A stretch of DNA of 64,000 bases from Candidatus Bathyarchaeota archaeon (lineage in GTDB: Archaea > Thermoproteota > Bathyarchaeia > Hecatellales > Hecatellaceae). The position numbers were made by a program, and so were the translations under genes. Each line of letters begins with the position of its first letter. Position 1 is the first letter of the stretch. Shown piece by piece: positions 37,503 through 47,251 of the stretch. The notes beneath the pieces were generated by a model. It was not told where the DNA came from. It did no database searches and saw only the letters and a list, made by a program, of their open reading frames with translations. The stretch lies in assembly GCA_052246995.1 (NCBI GenBank), contig JBQPWD010000004.1, forward strand, positions 96,001-160,000, given 5' to 3'.

Positions 37503-38192
37503 ATGGAATATTTAGAAATAAAGCCTTTAGAAGACAAAAAACTTGTTATCTACCTTCTTCAAAAAGAGTATGAAGAGGAATGGGGATTTCAAAAAGTTAA
37601 GCCTTCACCACTTAACATTTACTCAAAAAGATATTGTGAATTTGTAAAAAAGGTTGTAGCACAATGTAAACCAGACTTTATAGTTGAGGAGTTGGGAGTA
37701 CGCTCAGAAAAAGACTACTACGAAAAAGACCAGTTATCTCAGTATCTTTCTACACAGGTTGTTCCAGTGGATATACCTGAAGATATTAGAAACTACATTG
37801 AGTCGGCAATTGAAGCTAAAATCTCTTTGTTAAACCAGATTAAATCTAGACTTAGTATTCTTTACGACATCAACTTTAAGCAGATAGAAAATGACTGGGA
37901 ACAAAAAATTTTGGAGTGGGGAAGATACCTTGAAGATGAAATTAAAAGGGAAGAAGAGGATGTTAAAACTTCTATAAGAGAGGCTTGGATGGTTAAAAAA
38001 ATAACAGAACATGCTAAAAAAATCGATAAAAAAGAGGTTAAATGCTTATTCATCTGCAGCCTTTACCACTTTAAGGGTATAACTAAGCTTTTCAGCAAAT
38101 ATGGAGTTATGGTTTATCCAATAAAGCTAGAGAAAAGTTTCAAAGAAAAACCTCCCATGGAAGACTTAAGACCAATAAAACTCGTGACTTAA
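37503..38192 (+). CDS. Hypothetical protein, possibly TraB/Tiki-EreA-like fold
   Basis: KPDFIVEE, VPVDIP, REAWMVKKI and FICSLYHFKGI follow the TraB/ChaN motif order. Confidence 0.55.
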   Translation: MEYLEIKPLEDKKLVIYLLQKEYEEEWGFQKVKPSPLNIYSKRYCEFVKKVVAQCKPDFIVEELGVRSEKDYYEKDQLSQYLSTQVVPVDIPEDIRNYIESAIEAKISLLNQIKSRLSILYDINFKQIENDWEQKILEWGRYLEDEIKREEEDVKTSIREAWMVKKITEHAKKIDKKEVKCLFICSLYHFKGITKLFSKYGVMVYPIKLEKSFKEKPPMEDLRPIKLVT

Positions 38193-38656
38193 AGAAAAGC
38201 CGTATAAATGTAAGGAATACATGCAAAAAATTTGGAAAAAGAACCAATATTAGAAACTTTAACCGTTAAAAAAACATAACATAATTATTGTAGAAAAGGA
38301 GCACAGCGAAACATTCTTCATTAGCATTAAAAGATAAAAATCTTTTACTCAATTTCTTACCAAAGCTATTAAGCATAAGCCATAAAGTACTCGATTTTTC
38401 TCTGAAATGGCTAAAGAGGAGGTATACACGCATCTATAAGCAGCCTAAGCCTTATAGAAAAAGGTTGCGACTTTAGCAATCAGGGTCTGATAGAATGGTT
38501 ACATCAACCCTTTACGCTAAACTTTATAAAATTTTGGCTACAAGTGTTGTTAGTATAATGTTAAAGCTAAATGAAGTATGCAAAATTATTTTTATATTTT
38601 GCTAAAACTTTATTAAGGAGAAGTATATTTTTCCACTGCCCAGCATACGAAGCTTT

Positions 38657-39652
38657 GTGAGCAGCATGACCCTTACATTAACTAAAGCGAAAGAAAACCC
38701 ATTAATTATGCCTAGGGATGAAAACGATTGGGAATGTTCACAAACGTTCAATCCTGGGGTTATACTACTTAACGGAAGAGTTCATTTTATCTATAGGGCT
38801 ATTGGAAAAGATGGAATATCCCGTTTTGGCTATGCAAATTCGGAAGACGGTTTTCATGTAAGTGAGAGGCTTTCTAACCCGGTTTATGAACATAAAGCTG
38901 ACCACGACCCTTTCTACATCTATTCTCTCGCCTCAGGTGGAAGTTTTGGTGGTGCAGAAGATCCGCGGATTGTGCAAGTAGAGGGAGAACCTATCTTATA
39001 TGTGACTTATACTGCTTGTGATGAGGGGTTAAGGTTGGCGTTAACCTCCATAACGGTAGAAGATTTTTTAAGTCAAAAGTGGAGGTGGAAAACTCCTACA
39101 CTAATTTCCCCTCCAGGTAGAATACACAAAAATTGGGTAATTTTTCCAGAAAAGATTAATGGTAAATACGCAATCTTGCACGGTATAAGCCCAAAAATTC
39201 AGATTAGCTTACTTGACAATCTAGAGATTACCAAACCAATTACCATAAACAGCTACCATAATGGAATACCTTCAGATGGTTGGAGAGGAGGCTGGGAAGG
39301 CTTTATTAGGGGTGTAGGCCCACCACCAATAAAAACAGAACATGGTTGGCTAGTTTTTTACCATGCACACTCTAAAGATGATTTTACAAAGTATAAGTTG
39401 GGAGCTATGCTTTTAGACGTTAAAAACCCAACAAGAATACTATGTAGAGGAAGAAAACCTGTTCTAGAGCCTGTTAGCTTTTATGAAAATTACGGTTTTA
39501 AACCTGGCATAGTCTACGCCACTGGTGCAGTAGTTAAAGACGGTCTTATCATAGTTTACTATGGTGGTGCAGACAGTTACGTGTGTGCTGCATACGCAGA
39601 TTTAAAAGAGTTTCTACAGGCTTTAATAGAGGAAGGCATTACTTCTAATTGA
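38657..39652 (+). CDS. GH130-like glycosidase/phosphorylase (single five-bladed propeller)
   Basis: ENPLI, TFNPG, YRA, GAEDPR, KNWVIFP, PPIKTEHGWLVFYH, YYGGAD. Confidence 0.88.
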   Translation: MSSMTLTLTKAKENPLIMPRDENDWECSQTFNPGVILLNGRVHFIYRAIGKDGISRFGYANSEDGFHVSERLSNPVYEHKADHDPFYIYSLASGGSFGGAEDPRIVQVEGEPILYVTYTACDEGLRLALTSITVEDFLSQKWRWKTPTLISPPGRIHKNWVIFPEKINGKYAILHGISPKIQISLLDNLEITKPITINSYHNGIPSDGWRGGWEGFIRGVGPPPIKTEHGWLVFYHAHSKDDFTKYKLGAMLLDVKNPTRILCRGRKPVLEPVSFYENYGFKPGIVYATGAVVKDGLIIVYYGGADSYVCAAYADLKEFLQALIEEGITSN

Positions 39653-39868
39653 AGTTTAAAAGCTTGAAAAATATGTATAAGGCTTTGTTTCATCTATTAA
39701 CGTGCAGGTTACGTATATTGTTAAATAGCTAAATTACATTCTTATTTCATTAACATCCACCCATGCCGAGAGGCTGGAAAAAGTTAAATTTAAACTTTCA
39801 TATCCATCCTCTAACTGGAGATAGTTTTCTTTAAAAATCCTTAATAAAATAAGCTAAACAGGAAAAAG

Positions 39869-41815
39869 GTGTTTGGAATGTTAGTTAAAAGGTATGAAAG
39901 AAACCCTATACTAAAACCTAAAAGCATTCACTCTTGGGAAGCACAGGCGGTATTTAACGGTTGTCCCGTTAAGGTTGACGGAAAAATAAGGCTTGTCTAC
40001 CGAGCCATCTCACTACCACATTATAAAAGAGAGGCGGATAAAGTACTGGCAATCTCCAACATAGGTATCACCGCTCCAAGCAAAAATGGTGTAGATTTTC
40101 ATGACCGAAGAATTCTAATCGCCCCAGAGGAACCTTGGGAAAAGTTTGGCTGCGAAGACCCAAGAATAACTAAGCTAGATGGTAAATACTTTATCTTTTA
40201 CACCGCACTTTCAACATATCCACCTTCTCATGAAGGAATAAGAGTAGGGTTGGCTATTAGTGATGATTTAGAAACAATCCGTGAAAGACATTTAGTTACA
40301 CCTTTTAATGCAAAAGCTATGACACTTTTCCCAGAAAGGATAGATGGAAAAATATGGGCTATATTAAGTGTACACACCGATATACCTCCTACCAGCATAT
40401 GCATAACGTCATTTGATAATGAGGAGGAGATATGGGATGAGATATACTGGAAGAAATTTCATGAAAATTTTGACAAATACTGCTTACCGTTGAGACGTAG
40501 CCCTCTCGACCATTTTGAAGTAGGTGCTCCGCCTTTAAAGACAAAGTACGGGTGGCTTCTTCTTTACTCATACATTCAAGGCTACTTTACACCTAACCGG
40601 CTTTTCACGGTGGAGGCTGCTCTTTTAGACTTAAACAATCCGTTAAAGTTAATCGCTAGGACAAGATGGCCTTTAATGACTCCTGAAGAATATTATGAAA
40701 GGGTAGGTCTCGTGCCAAACGCCATCTTTCCTTCAGGAGCTCTTCTCAGAGGAAATCAAATTTACCTTTACTATGGTGCTGCTGACACGGTTTGCTGCCT
40801 TGCATACATACACTTGCCAAGTCTGATTAAGAAGCTATTATGGAAGGCTGAACCTCCAAAATTTATCCGTGCCACACGTAATCCAATAATAACTCCACGT
40901 GGAAACCATTCTTGGGAGGCAAAAGCAACCTTTAACCCAGCTGCAATCTATCTTGGAGGTAAGGTGCACATAGTGTACCGTGCTATGTCTCAAGATAACA
41001 CGTCTGTTCTTGGCTACGCATACAGTAAGGATGGAATAAACATCGACTATCGCTCTCCTGAACCTATTTATGTTCCAAGGGAATCTTTTGAGCAGAAGCT
41101 TGTGCCAGGTGGGAATTCAGGATGTGAGGATCCGCGGCTTACTGTTATTGGTGACAGAATCTACATGTGTTATACAGCGTTTAACGGTAAGGATCCGCCT
41201 AGGGTAGCTCTTACATGGATAAAGGTGGATGATTTTCTACAGCAAAAATGGAATTGGGCTAAACCTGTTCTAATTTCAGCACCCTACATGGATGATAAGG
41301 ATGCTTACATCTTCCCAGAAAAAGTTAAGGATCCTGGAACAGGTGAGGAGAAGTATCTTATTGTTCACAGATACAGTAATGATATAGATTCCGCCTTAGT
41401 TTCAAGTCTTGATTTTGATGGAAAAACATGGCTTGACGAGTATAGATGGATATATCCTAGAAAGGGATGGTGGGACAGCGTAAAAGTTGGCGCCGCCTCA
41501 CCTCCAATAAAAACAGATGAAGGATGGATACTGCTCTACCATGGAGTTTCTGAAGACCGTGTCTACCGTGTTGGAGCAGTACTTTTAGACCCTAAAAACC
41601 CGTTAAAAATTATTGCTCGTACAGATGAACCTATCTTTGAACCTGAAACAGATTACGAAAAAGTTGGCCAAGTTAATAATGTTGTTTTTCCCTGTGGAAC
41701 AGTTGTAATAGGGGATGAAATATTCATGTATTATGGAGGGGCTGACCAGGTAGTAGGAGTTGCAACCATTAAAGTTAAAAAATTACTTAGATACCTTAAA
41801 TCATGCAAAATATAG
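39869..41815 (+). CDS. Tandem double-domain GH130-like glycosidase/phosphorylase
   Basis: Two full NP(I/L)..FN..YRA..GCEDPR..PP(L/I)KT..YYG(A/G)AD repeats. Confidence 0.88.
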   Translation: MFGMLVKRYERNPILKPKSIHSWEAQAVFNGCPVKVDGKIRLVYRAISLPHYKREADKVLAISNIGITAPSKNGVDFHDRRILIAPEEPWEKFGCEDPRITKLDGKYFIFYTALSTYPPSHEGIRVGLAISDDLETIRERHLVTPFNAKAMTLFPERIDGKIWAILSVHTDIPPTSICITSFDNEEEIWDEIYWKKFHENFDKYCLPLRRSPLDHFEVGAPPLKTKYGWLLLYSYIQGYFTPNRLFTVEAALLDLNNPLKLIARTRWPLMTPEEYYERVGLVPNAIFPSGALLRGNQIYLYYGAADTVCCLAYIHLPSLIKKLLWKAEPPKFIRATRNPIITPRGNHSWEAKATFNPAAIYLGGKVHIVYRAMSQDNTSVLGYAYSKDGINIDYRSPEPIYVPRESFEQKLVPGGNSGCEDPRLTVIGDRIYMCYTAFNGKDPPRVALTWIKVDDFLQQKWNWAKPVLISAPYMDDKDAYIFPEKVKDPGTGEEKYLIVHRYSNDIDSALVSSLDFDGKTWLDEYRWIYPRKGWWDSVKVGAASPPIKTDEGWILLYHGVSEDRVYRVGAVLLDPKNPLKIIARTDEPIFEPETDYEKVGQVNNVVFPCGTVVIGDEIFMYYGGADQVVGVATIKVKKLLRYLKSCKI

Positions 41816-42032
41816 GTAAAATTAAGATTTAACAACACTTCCTACCTTTTTTACCTATAGAACCTTATACTCTGTAAAATGACAAGTAGTTACGTTTACA
41901 TCTGCATACCATGTGGATGTTAAACATTGAGAATACCAATTCCAACCTACTTGTTGGCTCACTTAACGCTAAATCATTAAAATCAGGGAGCTTTTACTGT
42001 TTTACATTACTCAGCACCAATCCTATTCTACA

Positions 42033-43373
42033 CTAACCTGTAAGAGGAACCCAGACAAGAATTGTGAGAAAATAACAAATAACTAAAGAGATAAAAACAT
42101 AGGGAACGGTGTAGCTAAAGAATTCTTTTACAGAAATTTTACTTTTTGTTTCACGTTCACAGACACTTAAAACTACGTAGAGAGCAGGGGCCCCTGCTAC
42201 CGTTAAATTGCTACCCAACGTTCCAGCCCAAACTAAAGCCCACCATAAAGGCCAAGGGTCAACACTATACTGGGCAAGGTCTCGAATTACGTAAAGAAAT
42301 GTAAGAATGTAGGCATCATGTTCAACTATCCCTACAATAAAAGCTGTAACCCAGTAAAGCAGGGTTACGCCTAGAAATAAATTTGTCTTAAACCATGGTG
42401 CAAAAGAGTCAGCCACAATTTTAAGAATACCTGCATGGTCAAGCCCTCCTACTAGCATGAAAAGAGCTATGTAGAAAAATATAGCTCTCCAATCTAGCGA
42501 AGAGAGAACTTCTTCAAAACTTGGACTGTTAACCCTGCTTTTAGCAACCTCAAGGATGATGATAAGGGTTAAAGCTCCAATTAAGGCTATAAAGCCAAGA
42601 CGTAAACCTATAAATTGTCTTAAAGAGAGAGCAAGAATAGTACAAATAAAGACACCAACTACTATGAATATAAACCGTTTATCCTTTAAATACTGCTTTG
42701 CGTTAACGTCTACAAGTAGTTTAGAGTTTTCTAAATCTAAACTTAGAGTTCTTTTAAGCTTTACGTGATAAAAGACCAGAACAGTAAGGAGAAATGTGCA
42801 TGTAAGTATGGGGAAAGAAGAAGGTTTTCCATGAAACCAAATAAATTCGGGAAACTCGATTCCGGATACGCTATGAAGCATTTGGGGTGGAAGGTCTCCA
42901 AGAAGAAGAGCTGTTCCCATAAAGTTTGCACATAAACCTACACATATTAGAGCAGGGAAGGGGTTAACTTTTAACTGCTTAGTTACGTGAAGAATTATTG
43001 GAGCCATAATTAAAACAACAACTACATTATCCAGAAACATGGATACAAACCCAGCCAAGATTCCAAGTAAGGATGCAAATATAGGCAAACTATTCCTTGA
43101 AAATTTTACCATTAAAACTGAAATGTACTCCGGTAACCCTGTATGGTTAAAATAACCTGCAATAATCCATACACTTATAAGAAGAACTATCACATTCCAA
43201 TCAACAGAAAAAAAAGCTTCAACCTCACTCATTACTCCAGTTAAAACCATGAGAACAACACCAATAAGGGCTACAGTGGCCCTGTCAACCTTACCTACAA
43301 TCACTAAAATAATGGTTCCAAGAAATATGGTAAGAGCAATAAGCTGCATAACTTCCAAAGACTGCTTAACCAC
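42033..43373 (-). CDS. SLC13/ArsB/NhaD (ion transporter superfamily) permease
   Basis: About 12 TM helices; VDWNVI, FLDNV, ANFMGTALLLGD.P, LDW, GTLGSNLT. Confidence 0.85.
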   Translation of the reverse strand: MVKQSLEVMQLIALTIFLGTIILVIVGKVDRATVALIGVVLMVLTGVMSEVEAFFSVDWNVIVLLISVWIIAGYFNHTGLPEYISVLMVKFSRNSLPIFASLLGILAGFVSMFLDNVVVVLIMAPIILHVTKQLKVNPFPALICVGLCANFMGTALLLGDLPPQMLHSVSGIEFPEFIWFHGKPSSFPILTCTFLLTVLVFYHVKLKRTLSLDLENSKLLVDVNAKQYLKDKRFIFIVVGVFICTILALSLRQFIGLRLGFIALIGALTLIIILEVAKSRVNSPSFEEVLSSLDWRAIFFYIALFMLVGGLDHAGILKIVADSFAPWFKTNLFLGVTLLYWVTAFIVGIVEHDAYILTFLYVIRDLAQYSVDPWPLWWALVWAGTLGSNLTVAGAPALYVVLSVCERETKSKISVKEFFSYTVPYVFISLVICYFLTILVWVPLTG

Positions 43374-43651
43374 CCAACTTTAACCACAACTTTTAACTCA
43401 AGTTAAAGTTACGATTAATTTAAAAATTTTTCACTTTTTCATTATCATAACCATGTAAATTCTGTTATACTGATGGTTGCCAATTACAGTTATTGTTTTA
43501 AAAGAAAGATAAGGAAAATGAATAAAGCAACAACTACCGCAAGAGGTTTACAGCTTTTTAAGCTATTCCTAAAAATTAGGAAAGATTAAGAAAAAAATAG
43601 CCAATTTTATCTTTGTAATAGTTTTTATGGACAGGTTTATTTGATAAGATT

Positions 43652-44392
43652 TTATTTTCTAAATTTTTGAAGCCTCTTTAAAAGTTCAATATCACCTTCA
43701 TAGTCTCCAGCACATGTTGCAATTATCCCATCAACAACCCCATCCAGCCTTGCCGCAAACTCTTCAACACGATCCATGGTTGTTGTAGTTGGCCAGCCTA
43801 TTCTTTTTACCATTTCAGCATTTTTAGGCGTTTCCACTAGAAAGTATGAGTATATAGGTTTGTTTAGGCGTCTACATTCGTTAGCTAATTGTTTTAATGC
43901 AGGCAATGATGCCTCTTCAAGCCTCATAAAGAAGATAAAGTCCCATGCCTCCCTTGCTCTAGCAATAACCTCTTCAACAGAACGTCGCGCAGAAAGTAAA
44001 CAACCCAGCTTTAAATTTTTTATACGCACTGTTGCCCGTAAAAAATCACGAGCCTCTTCAGAAGACTTTAACATTTTTATAGGTTCTCCGTACTTAGGTA
44101 TATCTCCCATTGTAAGCACAATACCGTCAAGACCCACGACATCGGCGGCTAAAGCCAAACCTCCAACTTCAACAGGACCTTTATAGTGAAGTATGAATAT
44201 TGGTATTACAATCTTATTAGGATACTTTGTTTTAAGAATACAACCTATAGTTGTACCACTAGGTGCTGGAAAACCTGCAGCACTATCAGTAACGTTCCAC
44301 CCATCTACTAAATCCTTTGTTTCTTCAGCAAGCTTAAGAAATTTACGTGTTGGGACAAATTCATGCAGTATCTTCATGATAACGCCTCCCAT
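43652..44392 (-). CDS. Methylenetetrahydrofolate reductase-like FAD-binding TIM-barrel protein (short archaeal type)
   Basis: HEFVP, VDGWNVTDS.AG, IVLTMGD.PKYG resemble MetF N-terminal motifs. Confidence 0.6.
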   Translation of the reverse strand: MGGVIMKILHEFVPTRKFLKLAEETKDLVDGWNVTDSAAGFPAPSGTTIGCILKTKYPNKIVIPIFILHYKGPVEVGGLALAADVVGLDGIVLTMGDIPKYGEPIKMLKSSEEARDFLRATVRIKNLKLGCLLSARRSVEEVIARAREAWDFIFFMRLEEASLPALKQLANECRRLNKPIYSYFLVETPKNAEMVKRIGWPTTTTMDRVEEFAARLDGVVDGIIATCAGDYEGDIELLKRLQKFRK

Positions 44393-44488
44393 AAAAATGG
44401 TGAAATTCTGGTCGGTCTTAAGTAAGATTATAAAATTATATAATTATAAATTCTTCGCTTTTAAATCGCTAAATTCATCAGTAAGCCT

Positions 44489-45289
44489 TCATTCTGAGTT
44501 TAATATTTTTGATAATTCTTCTAAGGTTAAAGGTTCGTTTTCAAATCTTAGTTTAAGCAGCTTTATAGCTTGAAATACTATTGGAGGCTGCATGTCTGCA
44601 AGTTCAAGTAAAGATTTATTGACTAGTACAGACCTAGTATCTGATCCTCCTAAGGTTAAACCGTTGTTAAGAATGTAAACACGGTCGGCAACCTTTGCAA
44701 CAAACTCTATGTCATGAGAAGCTACAACAACAGCTTTACCAGTATCTTTTGCTTCAACCACAACTTTTCCCACTTCTTCCACAGATTTTATGCTTAAATT
44801 TGCAGTAGGCTCATCAAGCAACAATACTTCAGGATTATAGGCAAGTATAGAGGCTAAGGTTACCATACGTTTTTCTCCAATGCTAAGCTTGTAGGGAGGC
44901 TTATTTAAAAGATTATTCAACTTAAACCTTTCTGCCACTTCAACAACTTTTTTATCAACTTCTTCTGCAGGTAAAATTTGACGAAGCGTAAAAGCTATTT
45001 CATCATATACTGTTGAATTAAAAAGCTGGTCATCTGGGTCTTGGAAGACTAAACCTATTCTTCTTCTAGCTTCAGGTAGCTGATTTTTTAGGGGTTTATC
45101 ATCAAGCAAGACTACACCTTTACTTGGATTAAGTAGTCCAGCGGCAACCGTAAGAAGTGTTGTTTTACCACTCCCATTTGAACCTATTATGGCTATTACC
45201 TCGCCTCTGTTGACAAAAAAACTTGCCCCTTTTAAAACGTCTACACCACCAGGATACCTAAAATATACGTCTTCAACTTTTAGCAACAT
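44489..45289 (-). CDS. ECF transporter ATPase (CbiO/NikO)
   Basis: GSNGSGKTT, LVFQDPDDQLF, LSIGEKR, LLDEPT, SHD. Confidence 0.93.
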   Translation of the reverse strand: MLLKVEDVYFRYPGGVDVLKGASFFVNRGEVIAIIGSNGSGKTTLLTVAAGLLNPSKGVVLLDDKPLKNQLPEARRRIGLVFQDPDDQLFNSTVYDEIAFTLRQILPAEEVDKKVVEVAERFKLNNLLNKPPYKLSIGEKRMVTLASILAYNPEVLLLDEPTANLSIKSVEEVGKVVVEAKDTGKAVVVASHDIEFVAKVADRVYILNNGLTLGGSDTRSVLVNKSLLELADMQPPIVFQAIKLLKLRFENEPLTLEELSKILNSE

Positions 45290-45292
45290 AAC

Positions 45293-46096
45293 TCATAACC
45301 TGATAAAGGACACTAAAACACAAGTAAAAAGTAGTAACAGTAACATTAGCTCGTTCCTATTAATACTTACCTTTACAGAACTTTTAAAGTGTAAATCTGA
45401 GGATGTTAAACTTCTAGCCTTGATAGCCTTTTCAACTCTCCATGAGTGTTCATGAGTTTTCAGTAAAATATCTCCAATTACAGTTGACAGCATCCACCAT
45501 ACTTGTCTAAACTTAACTTTTTTTATTATACGAGCCTCTCTAGCCGACAGCATTTTGGATATTTCCCTTAAGAATAAGGGTATGTGTATTATAGAAAGCA
45601 TTAGAAAGAATATTACCTCATACGGTACTCCTAGACCTTTTAAACCTTCCATAGTTTTTTTCCAACCAAGTATTAGAATGAAAGAGGTAAAAATAGCTGT
45701 TGCAGACACAACTCTAACAATAAAACTTATCATTAAATTTAATCCTTCAAAGCTAACTTTCAAGGTTGTTAGCAGCATTGACAGTTCTATTAAAGGTTTT
45801 CCTGATGTTATAAACGGTAAAGGTATGGATACAAGAAAAACCCAAAAAAAGGTGAAGATTACTACTCTAATCCATGAGTACATGGGTATTCGTGTTAACA
45901 CAACTAAAAAAACACTTACAACTAAAACCAGTAAAGGAGCCTTAAAATCAATGGTAAATGCCGCTAAACTGGTAAATACTAAAGCTGAAAGTATAGTTAT
46001 TGTTGGGTTAAAAGGTGGATTGACAACTTCACGATTCAAAGTATTGATAGTTTCAGCCAAACCTTCCAAGAAACGTTGAGTTAGCTTTTCCAACAT
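45293..46096 (-). CDS. ECF transporter T component (CbiQ/NikQ)
   Basis: TM protein with ARxAR and AIKAR motifs; lies between nikN and nikO. Confidence 0.88.
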   Translation of the reverse strand: MLEKLTQRFLEGLAETINTLNREVVNPPFNPTITILSALVFTSLAAFTIDFKAPLLVLVVSVFLVVLTRIPMYSWIRVVIFTFFWVFLVSIPLPFITSGKPLIELSMLLTTLKVSFEGLNLMISFIVRVVSATAIFTSFILILGWKKTMEGLKGLGVPYEVIFFLMLSIIHIPLFLREISKMLSAREARIIKKVKFRQVWWMLSTVIGDILLKTHEHSWRVEKAIKARSLTSSDLHFKSSVKVSINRNELMLLLLLFTCVLVSFIRL

Positions 46097-46404
46097 TAGC
46101 GACCTTTTAATAGTTTATTAAGTGTAAAACCTAAAGCTAAGATTACACCAACACCTATAAAACCTGTAAAAATGTAACCTAACTCAGCAGGTAGCCCGGG
46201 TATTGAGTAGTCTAAAAAAGGTGTCCAGTTGATTTTTTCCGTTAAGTCCTGAAGGTTAAGTGTTTCTGCAGCAACATCCAAAGGTTCGTGGTATCCAACA
46301 ATATCTGCTAAAATTACACCAAAAACTGGGCTAATAAAAACAAGAGTTATAATTATGATTAAGACTTTTTTAAAAGTTAAAAACCAACTTTTTTGGCTTT
46401 TCAA
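46096..46404 (-). CDS. PDGLE-domain ECF accessory subunit (NikN-like)
   Basis: Two TM helices flanking HEPLDVAAE...PFLDYSIPGL. Confidence 0.85.
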   Translation of the reverse strand: MKSQKSWFLTFKKVLIIIITLVFISPVFGVILADIVGYHEPLDVAAETLNLQDLTEKINWTPFLDYSIPGLPAELGYIFTGFIGVGVILALGFTLNKLLKGR

Positions 46405-47054
46405 CTACTACCACCCTTTTCTGAAAGTATAAGGTGAGGAGCTCTACCAGCCAAGTAGGTAACAACCAATGCGGTGATTACACCTTCAATAACCCCGAGA
46501 ATGGCATGCCATCCAACCATTACAGGAACTGTTATTACAACACCATAAGGAAATGATTGTGAATAGCCTATTTCTAAGCCGCATGCCAATCCTGCAAGTG
46601 TTATTCCCAGCCAGCCGCCGAGGAAAGCAGATAAAGTTCTTACAGAATTTTTAGCTCCAAACAGCTTAATGAAACCAGTATAAATTAAATATCCAACCAG
46701 AACATCTACAATCGCCATGTTAAGAGTATTTGCACCAAGAGCGGTTATTCCTCCATCATGAAAAACAATACATTGAATAAGTAGAACTAGAAACATTGTT
46801 AAAAATCCAAGCCATGGGCCAAGCATAATTCCAGCCAAAGCACCGCCAACAAGGTGTAAACTGGTTCCTCCGGGCAAAGGCCAGTTAAGCATTTGAGCAA
46901 CAAAAATAGCGGCCGCAACAATGGATACTAGCGAAACTTGTTCAGAATACAACGTTTTTCTAGCCTTTTTAAGGGCAAAACCACTATAACCAATGAAAAT
47001 GGCATACGTAAAAATCACGGTGAAGATATCTAGAAAACCGTCAGGAATATGCAC
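46401..47054 (-). CDS. Ni/Co ECF substrate component (NikM/CbiM)
   Basis: MHIPDGFL N-terminus, GTSLHLVGG, HDGGITALGAN, IEGVIT. Confidence 0.95.
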   Translation of the reverse strand: MHIPDGFLDIFTVIFTYAIFIGYSGFALKKARKTLYSEQVSLVSIVAAAIFVAQMLNWPLPGGTSLHLVGGALAGIMLGPWLGFLTMFLVLLIQCIVFHDGGITALGANTLNMAIVDVLVGYLIYTGFIKLFGAKNSVRTLSAFLGGWLGITLAGLACGLEIGYSQSFPYGVVITVPVMVGWHAILGVIEGVITALVVTYLAGRAPHLILSEKGGSS

Positions 47055-47106
47055 ACCAAACCACCATTTAAGGTTTTAATTAATTTTTAATAACCTCAGG
47101 TAAATA

Positions 47107-47140
47107 TAAATATTACCATTATGAAAAATAGTAATATTTA
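47107..47140. promoter_or_regulatory. NikR-like operator
   Basis: Perfect 10-bp inverted repeat TAAATATTAC-N14-GTAATATTTA, equivalent to ATATTA-N16-TAATAT, about 50 nt upstream of nikM. Confidence 0.65.
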
Positions 47141-47251
47141 ATAAGCAAGCCATGTTTACACTCTCTAAAACAATTTCTATTTAAAGATGATAGAAACACG
47201 CTTTGAGAAGGCTATCTGGTACTTTAAAAAGGAAGGATAAAAGAATAAAAT

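Noticed and set aside
43776-46079. Plus-strand ORFs of 88-174 aa
   Set aside because: Antisense to well-supported MetF-like and ECF genes; same pattern as the other shadow ORFs in the track.
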